A DNA stretch of 64,000 nt from Betaproteobacteria bacterium. GTDB lineage: Bacteria > Pseudomonadota > Gammaproteobacteria > Burkholderiales > SG8-41. The stretch is from NCBI GenBank assembly GCA_046339595.1, contig JBKDUF010000034.1:8963-72962 (forward strand), written 5' to 3'. Under the pieces are notes generated by a model. The model searched no databases, was not told the DNA's origin, and saw nothing but the letters and a program-made list of their open reading frames with translations. The translations under genes were made by a program, and so were the position numbers. Within the stretch, counting starts at the first letter, position 1, and the number at the start of each line of letters is the position of its first letter. This document shows positions 1 through 10,071 of the stretch, one piece after another.

Positions 1-905
1 ACACTTTTCCGCCTTACCGCGGCAGCGGCTTTGCCTGGCTGCGCTACCTGGCCGGCGGCTTCCTGTTCGGCGTCGGCATGACGCTCGCCAGCGGATGCGG
101 CAACAAGACGCTGGTGCGCATCGGCGCCGGCAACCTCAAGTCACTGGTGGTGTTGGTGATCGCCGCAGTGATGGCCTACCTGATGCTCTGGACGCCGTTC
201 TACGAGCGGCTGTTCCATCCCTGGGTGTCTGCCACGACCATCGACCTCGCCGCGCACGGTATCGCTGCACAGGATCTCGGTTCGCTGATTGCTGCGGCGG
301 GTGGGGTGGCGCCATCGCGCGCGCTCACCGCAGCGGTTGGCGCGGTGATTGCGCTGGCCTTGTTGGTATTCGTGTTCCGCAGCGCCGATTTTCGCGCCAG
401 TTTCGACAACATCCTGGGCGGACTGGCGGTCGGTCTGGTGGTGATTGCGGGCTGGTACATCACCGGCGGGCCGCTGGGCCAGGCGTGGAAGGATTACGCT
501 GATTTCGCGGATGCGGTGCCCAGCCGGGTCCAGGTGCAGTCCTTTACCTTTATCAGCCCGATGGGCGACACCCTGCGCTGGCTGATGGATCCTGGCAACC
601 TGGCGCTGGTCAATTTCGGGGTGGTTGCGCTAGCCGGAGTGATCACCGGGTCACTTCTGCACGCACTGGCTTCGCGCAGCTTTCGCATCGAGTGGTTCGC
701 CTCGCATGCGGATTTTTTCAACCACGCCCTTGGCGGGGTACTGATGGGCATCGGCGGGGTGCTGGCCATGGGCTGCACCGTGGGCCAGGCCATCACCGGA
801 CAGTCCACCACAGCCCTGGGTTCGCTGGTGGCCTTTGCTGCAATCATCGCGGGGGCTGCAGCCACCATGAAATACCAGTATTGGCAGCTGTTGCAGGAAA
901 ATTGA
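1..905 (+). CDS. YeeE/YedE family sulfur-compound (thiosulfate) transporter, 5' end outside window
   Basis: Frame open from base 3 (TFPPYRGSGFAWLRYLAGGFLFGVGMTLASGCG); two GG.L.G.G..LA.GC motifs with conserved Cys (LASGCG, LAMGCTVGQ); multiple TM helices. Confidence 0.9.
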   Translation, partial: TFPPYRGSGFAWLRYLAGGFLFGVGMTLASGCGNKTLVRIGAGNLKSLVVLVIAAVMAYLMLWTPFYERLFHPWVSATTIDLAAHGIAAQDLGSLIAAAGGVAPSRALTAAVGAVIALALLVFVFRSADFRASFDNILGGLAVGLVVIAGWYITGGPLGQAWKDYADFADAVPSRVQVQSFTFISPMGDTLRWLMDPGNLALVNFGVVALAGVITGSLLHALASRSFRIEWFASHADFFNHALGGVLMGIGGVLAMGCTVGQAITGQSTTALGSLVAFAAIIAGAAATMKYQYWQLLQEN

Positions 906-934
906 GCTGCGTTTGCACCAGCCCGCTGCAGCGG

Positions 935-963
935 TTGACCCCCATTGGGGTGGCGGTTAAAAT
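935..963 (+). promoter_or_regulatory. sigma-70 promoter of tRNA-Lys
   Basis: TTGACC-17 bp-TAAAAT followed by GC-rich discriminator, 14 bp before the tRNA. Confidence 0.85.
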
Positions 964-977
964 TCGCCCCTTTTTGA

Positions 978-1053
978 GGGCGGTTAGCTCAGCCGGTAGA
1001 GCAGCGGACTTTTAATCCGTTGGTCGGGAGTTCGAATCTCCCACCGCCTACCA
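978..1053 (+). tRNA. tRNA-Lys (anticodon UUU)
   Basis: 76-nt cloverleaf: acceptor GGGCGGT/ACCGCCT, D-arm AGCTCAGCCGGTAGAGCA, anticodon loop CTTTTAA, T-loop TTCGAAT, encoded CCA. Confidence 0.98.
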
Positions 1054-1061
1054 GTCGTTAC

Positions 1062-1097
1062 AAAGGGCCGGATTTTTTCCGGCCCTTTGTTCTTTTT
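1062..1097 (+). terminator. intrinsic terminator after tRNA
   Basis: AAAGGGCCGGA/TCCGGCCCTTT hairpin then T-rich run. Confidence 0.8.
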
Positions 1098-1120
1098 CCT
1101 GGCCCACCGGAGCTTGCCCA

Positions 1121-1576
1121 ATGACGCAGTTCACCGCCATCGGTACCGTGCGCAACGGCCGCACCGAGATGTCCAAGGGGCAATGGGCCGGCATCGAATC
1201 GCGCATCGAGCTTGAGGCCCCGTATGTGGCGGGCCTTTCCGGCCTCGCCGAGTTTTCCCATGCGGTGGTGGTGTTCCACCTTGACCGCATTCCGCCGTTC
1301 GACCCGTCGAAACAGATCGCGCGCAATCCCCGCGGCATGGAAAATCTGGCGCCGGTCGGAGTGTTCGCGCAGCGCACCAAATTCCGCCCCAATCCGATCG
1401 GGGTCACTGCAGTGGAATTGCTGGCTGTGGATGCCAGGGGCATCACGGTGCGCGGCCTTGATGCGCTGGATGGCACGCCGGTGCTCGACATCAAGCCGTA
1501 CATTCCCGCCTTCGAGCGCAAGGACGATGTGCGGCTGCCGGCCTGGGTGAACAAGATGATGGACGGTTATTTCTGA
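1121..1576 (+). CDS. TsaA/TrmO-like (YaeB/AF0241 family) SAM-binding protein, single-domain form
   Basis: Family motifs GVFAQR...RPNPIG and GLDALDGTPVLDIKPY; 151 aa. Confidence 0.9.
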   Translation: MTQFTAIGTVRNGRTEMSKGQWAGIESRIELEAPYVAGLSGLAEFSHAVVVFHLDRIPPFDPSKQIARNPRGMENLAPVGVFAQRTKFRPNPIGVTAVELLAVDARGITVRGLDALDGTPVLDIKPYIPAFERKDDVRLPAWVNKMMDGYF

Positions 1577-1714
1577 CGTCTCTTGTCGGCGCAGCCTGCC
1601 GCCGTAAGTTTCCTGCAAGCTGGCGTAAGGCTGCCGCAAGCTCCGGGCTTGAGCATGGGGTCAGTCCCGGCGCCACCGGTGACGCCCGAATCCCCCACAT
1701 CGCAGGAGATTTCA

Positions 1715-1918
1715 ATGCTCAGAAAATGGCTGTCCGGTGCTGCATTGCTGACGATTCCCTTCGCTGCCTTGGCTGACGAGGCCGTGGTCGCGCCCCCGCC
1801 CAATACCGATCCGACCGCGCTGATCCTGTTTGCGGTGGTGATGGTGGTCATGATCGGTGGTTTTGCCGGATACATCTATCTCAAGGAAAAAGGCAGGAAG
1901 CACGGCGCCTCAAAATAA
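1715..1918 (+). CDS. small protein (67 aa) with signal peptide and C-terminal membrane anchor
   Basis: AGGAG RBS, ATG 1715; MLRKWLSGAALLTIPFAALA-DE signal peptide, Pro-rich linker, one TM helix, basic tail; own terminator. Confidence 0.75.
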   Translation: MLRKWLSGAALLTIPFAALADEAVVAPPPNTDPTALILFAVVMVVMIGGFAGYIYLKEKGRKHGASK

Positions 1919-1937
1919 GTGCCGGCTGTCAGCCCGG

Positions 1938-1967
1938 AAAAAGCGCCCCTCCAGGGGCGCTTTTTTT
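1938..1967 (+). terminator. intrinsic terminator (possibly bidirectional)
   Basis: AAAAAGCGCCCCT-CC-AGGGGCGCTTTTTTT. Confidence 0.9.
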
Positions 1968-2029
1968 GCGTTGCCGCGGCATGGGGGGCGCCGCTACACT
2001 CCGGTTCATTCTTCCGCATCCGGACGATC

Positions 2030-3238
2030 ATGGCTGAAATCGCGCTGTCCCCGAGGCTTTCGCGCATCAAGCTGTCACCGAGCACCCAGGCTGCACAACG
2101 CGTGCGCGACCTGCGTGCTGCGGGCCGGGACATCGTTGGCCTCACCATCGGCGAGCCCGATTTCGAGACGCCGCCCCATGTCAAGCGCGCGGTAATGGCC
2201 GCGCTGGAACGCAACGAAACCAAGTATCCGCCGATTTTCGGCATTCCCCAGCTGCGTGAGGCGGTGCGCAACAAATTCATCCGCGACAACGCACTGGATT
2301 ACCCGGTTGACCAGATCATGGTCGGCACCGGCAGCAAGCAGATCCTCTTCAACGCGCTGCAGGCGACGATCAGTGCCGGTGACGAGGTGATCATTCCGGC
2401 CCCTTATTGGATTTCCTACCTCGACATGACGCTGGTGGCTGACGGCACACCGGTGGTTGTGACCTGCGGCATGGAGTCAGGCTTCAAGCTGACACCGGCA
2501 CAGCTTGAGGCCGCGATCACCCCGCGCACGAAATGGCTGATGCTCAATTCGCCGGGCAATCCCAGCGGCGCGATCTACAGCCGGGCGGAACTGCAGGCGC
2601 TGGCCGGGGTGCTGCGCCGCCATCCGCAGGTGTGGGTGCTGTCGGACGACATCTACGAGCATCTGCGTTTCGACGGCATCGAGTTCTGCACCATGGCCCA
2701 GGTCGCGCCCGATCTTGCCGACCGCACGCTCACCGTGAACGGGGTGTCCAAGGCCTACGCGATGACCGGTTTCCGGCTGGGTTATGCGGCGGGCCCGCGC
2801 CAGTTGATCAATGCCATGGTCAAGATGCAGTCGCAGAGCACCGCCGGCGTCAACTCGCTGAGCCAGTGGGCTGCGGTCGAAGCATTGAATGGCCCGCAGG
2901 AATTCATTTCCGGGCGGGCCGCCGCCTTCCAGGAGCGGCGCGACCGGTTGCTGGAGATCCTCAACGCGGTGCCCGGCATCACCTGCGACAAGCCTGAAGG
3001 TGCCTTCTACCTGTTCCCGCGCATCGAAGGCGTGCTCGGCAAGACCACGCTCTCGGGCCAGGTGATCCGCAGTGAACAGGACTTCGTGATCTACCTGCTC
3101 GAACATGCCGGTGTGGCGGTGGTGCAGGGCGAGGCTTACGGCCTGAGCCCCCACATCCGCATCTCGATTGCCTATGCCCTCGACAGCGTGGTCGAAGGCG
3201 GACGCCGCATCGCAAAGGCCGTTGCGGAGCTGCGCTAG
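2030..3238 (+). CDS. PLP-dependent class I aminotransferase (aspartate aminotransferase-like)
   Basis: GEPDF, NSPGNPSG, SDDIYEHL, GVSKAYAMTGFRLGY (PLP lysine), PEGAFY; start moved to ATG 2030, past the terminator. Confidence 0.93.
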   Translation: MAEIALSPRLSRIKLSPSTQAAQRVRDLRAAGRDIVGLTIGEPDFETPPHVKRAVMAALERNETKYPPIFGIPQLREAVRNKFIRDNALDYPVDQIMVGTGSKQILFNALQATISAGDEVIIPAPYWISYLDMTLVADGTPVVVTCGMESGFKLTPAQLEAAITPRTKWLMLNSPGNPSGAIYSRAELQALAGVLRRHPQVWVLSDDIYEHLRFDGIEFCTMAQVAPDLADRTLTVNGVSKAYAMTGFRLGYAAGPRQLINAMVKMQSQSTAGVNSLSQWAAVEALNGPQEFISGRAAAFQERRDRLLEILNAVPGITCDKPEGAFYLFPRIEGVLGKTTLSGQVIRSEQDFVIYLLEHAGVAVVQGEAYGLSPHIRISIAYALDSVVEGGRRIAKAVAELR

Positions 3239-3255
3239 AGGTCCCGCCGGCCGCT

Positions 3256-4416
3256 TCAGCGCAGACGCGCCAGGGCCTGCTCCAGGTCGGCGATCAGGTC
3301 GGCGGGATCTTCCAGGCCGATGTGAAAGCGCACTGTCGTGCCGCCTGGATTCCAGGTGGTTGCACTGCGCACGGTTTCAGGCTGCGGCGCGGTGACCAGG
3401 CTTTCATAACCGCCCCAGCTGGCGCCGATCGCAAACAGCTTCAGGGCGTTGACGAAAGCGCTGACCCTGGACCGGTCCACCGGCTGCAGCACGACCCCGA
3501 ACAGCGAAGCGGCGCCGTCGAAATCGCGCTTCCACAGTGCGTGTCCCGGAGCCCCTTCCAGCGCCGGATACAGCACCTGCCCGACCTCGGGACGCTGCGC
3601 CAGCCAGCGTGCCACGACCAGCGCGTTGGCCATCTGCTGTTTCATTCGTACGCCGATGGTGCGAAAGCCGCGCAGCGCAAGATAGCAGTCGTCTGGGCTC
3701 ACGCAGTAACCGTAATGGGCGATGGTGCGCCGCACCGGCAGCCAGTATTTCTGGTTGGTGACAATGATCCCCATCAGCACGTCGGAGTGGCCGACGATGT
3801 ATTTGGTGGCGGCGTGAATGGATACGTCGATGCCGCGCTCGAAGGAGCGGAAAAAATACGGGGTGCCCCAGGTGGTGTCGGCCAGCACCGGAATGCCGTG
3901 GGCGTGCGCGGCGGCGGCGATCGCGGGGATGTCCTGGACCTCGAAGGTCAGCGAACCGGGCGACTCGCAGAACACCGCCCGGGTGTTGGGGCGCAGCAGG
4001 CTGGCAATGCCGCCGCCGATCAGCGGGTCGTAGTATTCGACATCGACACCCTGCAGGCGTAGCTGTTTTTCGCAGAAGGTGCGGGTCGGTCCGTAGGCGC
4101 TGTCGGTGACCAGCAGGTGGTCACCCTGCTTGACGAAGGCGCACAGTGCCGCTGTGATCGCGGCCAGCCCCGAGGGCAGTGCTGCCGCGAGATAACCGCC
4201 CTCCATTCTGGCCACGGCCTCTTCCAGCGCGAAGGTGGTAGGCGTGCCATGGATGCCGTAGCGCTTGGATTTGAAATCATCCGGTTCGCGGGCCTCGAAG
4301 GATTCGAGGTCGGGGAAGACCATGGTCGAGGTGCGGTAAACCGGCATGTTGACGGTGCCGCTGGTGTTCAGCGGGTCGCGGCCCACCTGGGTCAGCAAGG
4401 TATCTTTTTTCATCAT
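3256..4416 (-). CDS. metC: cystathionine beta-lyase
   Basis: VNMPVYRTST, YGIHGTPT, ESPGSLTFEVQD, AATKYIVGHSD, SWGGYESL, HIGLED. Confidence 0.92.
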   Translation of the reverse strand: MMKKDTLLTQVGRDPLNTSGTVNMPVYRTSTMVFPDLESFEAREPDDFKSKRYGIHGTPTTFALEEAVARMEGGYLAAALPSGLAAITAALCAFVKQGDHLLVTDSAYGPTRTFCEKQLRLQGVDVEYYDPLIGGGIASLLRPNTRAVFCESPGSLTFEVQDIPAIAAAAHAHGIPVLADTTWGTPYFFRSFERGIDVSIHAATKYIVGHSDVLMGIIVTNQKYWLPVRRTIAHYGYCVSPDDCYLALRGFRTIGVRMKQQMANALVVARWLAQRPEVGQVLYPALEGAPGHALWKRDFDGAASLFGVVLQPVDRSRVSAFVNALKLFAIGASWGGYESLVTAPQPETVRSATTWNPGGTTVRFHIGLEDPADLIADLEQALARLR

Positions 4417-4609
4417 CTCTGGCCGGATCAGGCGCCGGTTTTTACGATATGGACTGACGCCTGCTCATTCTGAGGGCCTGCGGATGCCAGCGCAACTGCC
4501 GCCAAATGCCGCTGTGGATGGGGCTGGAATTTGCGTTATGCTAATCGCCATCCCAACGGAGGAGAAAGCATGCCGCAGCCTTGGCAGGTTCGCGGCACGC
4601 GTCAACATC

Positions 4610-6922
4610 ATGGACCAACACCACCATCATTTTGAAGTCGGCGGCGCGCACCTGTCCCGCCTGGAAGACCTGCGCCTGATCAAGGGCGAAGGCCGTTATG
4701 CCGCGGACTGGAACCTGCCCAACCAGGTGCATGCGGCTTTCCTGCGCGCCGACCGCGCGCACGCGAAGATCGTGTCGATCAGCACTGCTGCCGCGCGCAA
4801 GGCCAAGGGCGTGCTCGGTGTGTTCACTGGCGAGGACGCGGTCAAGGCGGGCTATGTCAAGCCGCTGAGTTTTCTGACCTTCGCTGGCAAGGACGGCAAA
4901 AAGGCAAACATTCCGGAGCGTCCGGCACTGACCGCCGACCGCGTGCGCTTTGTCGGTGACCTGGTGGCGATGGTGGTGGCTGAGACCGCGCTGCAGGCGC
5001 AGGACGCGCTCGAACTGATCGAGGTCGACTACGAGGAACTGCCGGTGGTGGTGTCGCCGCGGGCTGCGGTGGCACCCGGCGCGCCACTGCTTCACGACAA
5101 CGTCCCCGGCAACCTGGCTTTTGAGCAGGAGGCTGGCGATGCCGCCGCCGTCGAGACGGCGTTTGCCAGGGCGGCGAACGTCACCCGGCTGCGCCTTGAC
5201 GTGACCCGTGTGGCGCCGAATCCGATGGAGCCGCGCGCCTGCGCCGTCGCATTCGACGCCGCCAGCGGCAGGTTCACCATCCATTCGCCGGTGCAGGGCA
5301 TCAACATGATGCGCATGCAGCTGGCGGCCTACACCGGCGTTGCCGATGACAAAATCGAGGTGGTCGCCCGCGATGTCGGCGGCGGTTTCGGCCAGCGCAG
5401 CATCGGTTATCCCGAATATGTCGCACTGATGCTGGCTGCAAGGTCGCTGGGCCGCCCGGTGAAATGGGTGTCGTCGCGCAGCGAGGGTTTCATGTCCGAT
5501 TCCCATGGCCGCGCCAACTACATCGACGGTGAGCTGGCGCTCGACAAGGACGGCACTTTCCTCGGCATGCGCATCGACTGGATCGCCGATCTCGGCGCCT
5601 ATCTGCACCCCGCGGGCCCGGTGAGCCCGATGCGCAATCCGGTGACCTGCCTCAATGGTGTTTACAAGACCCAGGCGCTGTTTGGCCGCTGGCGGGTGGC
5701 GCTCACCAATACGGCACCGGTGTCCGCATACCGCGGTGCGGCGCGCCCCGAAATCGCCTTCGCAATCGAAAGGCTGGTGGATGAAGCCGCGGCGCAGATG
5801 AACATCGACCCGGCGGAAATCCGCCGCCGCAATTTCATCCCCACTGACGCCTTCCCGTACAAGACGCCGACCGGCTCGGTCTACGACATCGCCGATTTCC
5901 ACGGCGTGCTCGACAAGGCGATGAAGCTGGCCGATGTTGCCGGCTTCCCGAAGCGCCGCGCCGAATCGGAAAAACGCGGCATGATCCGCGGTCTTGGTTT
6001 TTCGACGGTGATCGAGAACTCCGGTGCCGGCATGTTTCCGAAGGACGAGGTCAGGCTGGAGGTTCATGCCGACGGTACTGTCACGGCCTACTCGGTGTCA
6101 CACTCGCAGGGCCAGGGCCACGAAACCACCTTTGCCCAGATCATCGGCGACGGCCTGGGCATTCCGGCAGAGCGGGTGAAGCTGCGCCAGGGCATCGGCG
6201 AGCAGGGCCTGATCGGCAACCACACCGGCGGCTCGCGCACCATCGTCGGAGCCGGCACGGTGTGCCACATCGCCGCAAAAAAACTGGTCGAGGTGGCGAC
6301 GCCGATGGCCGCCGAACAGCTCGGCTGCGAACCCTCACAGGTGGCCTATGCCCACGGCGAGTTCAAGTCGAGTGCGTCGAACAAGAAGATCACGCTGGGC
6401 GAACTGGCCGCAAAAAAACCGCTGACCGTCACCGGCGAAGGCAAGTTCGGATCCACCTTCCCCAACGGCTGCCATGTGGCCGAGATCGAGATCGACGCGC
6501 AGACCGGTGTCACCGAGGTGCTGTCCTATGTCACGGTCGATGACTGCGGCACGGTGATCAACCACACCATCGTCGAGGGGCAGATGCACGGCGCCGTCGC
6601 CCAGGGCTGGGGCCAGATCTTCAGCGAAAACGTGGTCTATGATCCCGACACCGGTCAGCTGCTGACCGGCAGCTTCATGGATTACGCGATGCCCAAGGCC
6701 GGCTGGATCAAGGACATCCAGATCGCCGAGCACACCACCTTCGGCACCATCAGCCCGCTGGGCGTCAAGGGCATGGGCGAGTCGGGTTGCACCGCTTCGC
6801 TCGCCGCGCTGACCAATGCGGTGATGAACGCGCTGCGCCCGCTGGGCGTGCCGCCGCTGGACATGCCGCTGACCGCGCACAAGCTGTGGCAGGCGATCTC
6901 GGCCGCGAAAAAAGGGAAATGA
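4610..6922 (+). CDS. xanthine dehydrogenase family molybdopterin-binding large subunit (CoxL/CutL-like)
   Basis: DVGGGFG, AYRGAARPE, QGQGHETT, EGQMHG, GVKGMGESG motifs; probable start ATG 4610. Confidence 0.93.
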   Translation: MDQHHHHFEVGGAHLSRLEDLRLIKGEGRYAADWNLPNQVHAAFLRADRAHAKIVSISTAAARKAKGVLGVFTGEDAVKAGYVKPLSFLTFAGKDGKKANIPERPALTADRVRFVGDLVAMVVAETALQAQDALELIEVDYEELPVVVSPRAAVAPGAPLLHDNVPGNLAFEQEAGDAAAVETAFARAANVTRLRLDVTRVAPNPMEPRACAVAFDAASGRFTIHSPVQGINMMRMQLAAYTGVADDKIEVVARDVGGGFGQRSIGYPEYVALMLAARSLGRPVKWVSSRSEGFMSDSHGRANYIDGELALDKDGTFLGMRIDWIADLGAYLHPAGPVSPMRNPVTCLNGVYKTQALFGRWRVALTNTAPVSAYRGAARPEIAFAIERLVDEAAAQMNIDPAEIRRRNFIPTDAFPYKTPTGSVYDIADFHGVLDKAMKLADVAGFPKRRAESEKRGMIRGLGFSTVIENSGAGMFPKDEVRLEVHADGTVTAYSVSHSQGQGHETTFAQIIGDGLGIPAERVKLRQGIGEQGLIGNHTGGSRTIVGAGTVCHIAAKKLVEVATPMAAEQLGCEPSQVAYAHGEFKSSASNKKITLGELAAKKPLTVTGEGKFGSTFPNGCHVAEIEIDAQTGVTEVLSYVTVDDCGTVINHTIVEGQMHGAVAQGWGQIFSENVVYDPDTGQLLTGSFMDYAMPKAGWIKDIQIAEHTTFGTISPLGVKGMGESGCTASLAALTNAVMNALRPLGVPPLDMPLTAHKLWQAISAAKKGK

Positions 6923-6923
6923 C

Positions 6924-7730
6924 ATGTACGCATTCCAGTACCGCAAGGCGAAATCACTGAACGAAGCCGGCGACATTCTCGGCAGGGACGAAGAAGCCAG
7001 GCCGCTGTCCGGCGGCATGACGCTGATCCCGACCCTGAAGCAGCGTCTTGCGCAGCCCACCCAGCTGGTCGACATCGCCGGTCTGGCTGAACTCGCCGGC
7101 GTCGAGAACAAAAACGGCGTGCTCACCATCGGTGCCGCGACCCGACACGCCGACGTCGCCGCCTCGAGGGTGGTGCAGCAGGCGATTCCGGCGCTGGCCT
7201 GTCTGGCGGCGGGCATCGGCGATCCCCAGGTGCGCAACCGCGGCACGCTGGGCGGTTCGGTGGCCAACAACGATCCGGCGGCCGACTACCCCTCGGCGGT
7301 GCTGGCGCTGAATGCGAAGGTCATCACCAACCGGCGCGAGATTGCCGCGGACGATTATTTCCAGGGCATGTTCACCACTGCGCTGGAGCCGGGCGAGCTG
7401 ATCGTCAGGATTGCCTTCCCGCTGCCCAAGGCCGCGGCCTACTGCAAGTTTCCGCATCCGGCTTCGGGTTATGCCATGGCCGGCGTGTTCATCGCCGATA
7501 CCGTGCAGGGTGTGCGGGTGGCGGTGACCGGTGCCGGCGCCTCCGGCGTGTTCCGCTGGGCGGAGGCGGAGAAGGCGTTGGCGAAGGGCATCAGCGCCGC
7601 GGTGATCGAAAAGCTGACGCTCGCCGCCGACGACTGCAACGAAGACATCCACGGCACGCGCGAATACCGCGCGCAGCTGGTCAAGGTCATGGCGACGCGC
7701 GCCGCGGCCGCTCTCTCGGGGGAAAAGTAA
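6924..7730 (+). CDS. xanthine dehydrogenase family FAD-binding medium subunit (CoxM-like)
   Basis: [37 protein letters not shown]. Confidence 0.93.
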   Translation: MYAFQYRKAKSLNEAGDILGRDEEARPLSGGMTLIPTLKQRLAQPTQLVDIAGLAELAGVENKNGVLTIGAATRHADVAASRVVQQAIPALACLAAGIGDPQVRNRGTLGGSVANNDPAADYPSAVLALNAKVITNRREIAADDYFQGMFTTALEPGELIVRIAFPLPKAAAYCKFPHPASGYAMAGVFIADTVQGVRVAVTGAGASGVFRWAEAEKALAKGISAAVIEKLTLAADDCNEDIHGTREYRAQLVKVMATRAAAALSGEK

Positions 7731-7731
7731 C

Positions 7732-8199
<468 letters not shown>

Positions 8200-8264
8200 G
8201 CGCCGCGCCCTGCCGCGCACAGGGCGTCGCGGTATCCTTCGGGTTCACCGGAGGACAGCGCAGC

Positions 8265-9518
8265 ATGACAAACCCTTCACCATCCGCCGCCGGCCCCCTG
8301 GCCGGCGTGCGCGTCATTGAGCTCGGCCAGCTGATCGCCGGCCCCTTCTGCGGCAAGACACTCGCCGACTTCGGCGCCGAGGTCATCAAGATCGAGCCGC
8401 CGGGCAAGGGCGATCCGCTGCGCAAGTGGCGGCTGCTGAAAAACGGCAACTCGGTGTGGTGGGAAGTCCAGTCGCGCAACAAGCAGTCGGTGACGCTCGA
8501 CCTGACGCAGCGCGAGGGCCAGGACATCCTGCGCCTGCTGGTGATGGAGGCCGATGTGCTGATCGAGAACTTCCGCCCCGGCAAGATGGAGGAGTGGGGC
8601 CTCGGCTACGAGGACCTGAAAACACTCAATCCTCGGCTGGTGATGGCACGGATCTCGGGCTACGGCCAGGACGGCCCGTACCGCGACCGCCCCGGCTTCG
8701 GCATCATTGCCGAATCGATGGGCGGCCTGCGCTACCTGACCGCCGAGCCGGGGCGCGTGCCGGTGCGTGTCGGCGTGTCGATCGGCGACACCCTCGCCGC
8801 GCTGCATGCGGTGATCGGCATCCTGATGGCACTGTATTACCGTGATCGTGTTCACCGCGATCGTATTCACCGCGACCACAACCCCGCCGAGGCCGGCCCT
8901 ACCGAAGGCCAGGTCGTCGATGTCGCCCTCTACGAAAGCGTGTTCAACTGCATGGAAAGCCTGCTGCCGGAATACAGTGCTTTCAATGTCGTGCGCGAAG
9001 CCGCCGGCAGCGCGCTGCCGGGCATCGTGCCTTCCAACGCCTATCCCTGCAGCGATGGCTGGATCCTGATCGGCGGCAACGGCGATGGCATATTCAAGCG
9101 ACTGATGAAGGCGATCGGGCGCGAGGATTTCGCTGCATCACCGGACATGGCCAGCAATGAAGGCCGCGTGAAACGGGTGACGGACATCGACGGCGCCATC
9201 ACTGCCTGGACGCAGGCACAGGACAAGAAGTCGGCGCTGGAGGTCCTGGCCCGGCACGATGTGCCCTCGGGCGCGATCTACTCCGTGGCCGACATTGCGG
9301 CTGATGCGCAGTACCGGGCGCGCGACATGATCCTCAACATCACCACCCGCGACGGCTACACCGTCGACGTCCCGGGCATCGTGCCCAAGCTCTCGGCGAC
9401 CCCCGGCGGCATCCGCACCCCCGCGCCGCGGCTGGGCGAGGATACGGCTGCAATACTGGCGCGCGCGGGGCTCAAACCGGAGACCCTGGCCGATTTGCGC
9501 GCCAAGGGCGTGATATAA
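8265..9518 (+). CDS. CaiB/BaiF class III CoA-transferase
   Basis: GAEVIKIEPP, RNKQSVTLDL, ENFRPG, ISGYGQDGP, SIGD, APRLGE. Confidence 0.95.
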   Translation: MTNPSPSAAGPLAGVRVIELGQLIAGPFCGKTLADFGAEVIKIEPPGKGDPLRKWRLLKNGNSVWWEVQSRNKQSVTLDLTQREGQDILRLLVMEADVLIENFRPGKMEEWGLGYEDLKTLNPRLVMARISGYGQDGPYRDRPGFGIIAESMGGLRYLTAEPGRVPVRVGVSIGDTLAALHAVIGILMALYYRDRVHRDRIHRDHNPAEAGPTEGQVVDVALYESVFNCMESLLPEYSAFNVVREAAGSALPGIVPSNAYPCSDGWILIGGNGDGIFKRLMKAIGREDFAASPDMASNEGRVKRVTDIDGAITAWTQAQDKKSALEVLARHDVPSGAIYSVADIAADAQYRARDMILNITTRDGYTVDVPGIVPKLSATPGGIRTPAPRLGEDTAAILARAGLKPETLADLRAKGVI

Positions 9519-9556
9519 AAATATCATATAAAACAATTACTTATGGAGATTTCCGA

Positions 9557-9934
9557 ATGATCGACCGGCTTGACCATTTTGTCCTGACCACGCCCCAGCC
9601 CGAGGCGGTGATCCGCTTCTATACCGAGGTGCTGGGCATGACGGCCGAAACCTTCGGCAACGGCCGGCTCGCCCTGAAATTCGGCCGCCAGAAAATCAAC
9701 ATCCATGTCAAAGGGCGCGAATACGAACCCAAGGCTCATGCACCGGGTGCAGGCACGCTGGATTTCTGTTTCATTGCGGCAGTGCCCCTGGAGCAGGTGA
9801 TGGCGAGGCTGGCGCTGCATGGCGTGAAGATCATCGAGGGCCCCTGCAACAAGACTGGCGCGATGGGACCGATCCGCTCGGTCTACTTCCGCGATCCCGA
9901 CCTCAACCTGGTCGAGGTATCCCAGTATCTTTAG
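9557..9934 (+). CDS. VOC/glyoxalase family protein (YaeR-like)
   Basis: LDHFVLT, QKINIH, GAMGPIRSVYFRDPDLNLVE; GGAG RBS. Confidence 0.9.
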   Translation: MIDRLDHFVLTTPQPEAVIRFYTEVLGMTAETFGNGRLALKFGRQKINIHVKGREYEPKAHAPGAGTLDFCFIAAVPLEQVMARLALHGVKIIEGPCNKTGAMGPIRSVYFRDPDLNLVEVSQYL

Positions 9935-10071
9935 GGGGCAGGTGGACACGCTCATCGAATAGTCGCAGCTTCACAACACCGGATGGCGACCGAGCGGTGA
10001 CGCCAAGGGTGGCGGACGATACCCATCTCCAGATGGCCGCGCGCTTGTGCGGCCTTCCAGCTGGCAGGTCT

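Noticed and set aside
978-1053. G1-U72 wobble as sign of a pseudo-tRNA
   Set aside because: All other arms, the CCA end, promoter and terminator are intact; a terminal wobble is tolerated
978-1120. tRNA-Lys as integration site of a prophage or island
   Set aside because: No integrase and no duplicate of the tRNA 3' end seen in the window; downstream genes look chromosomal
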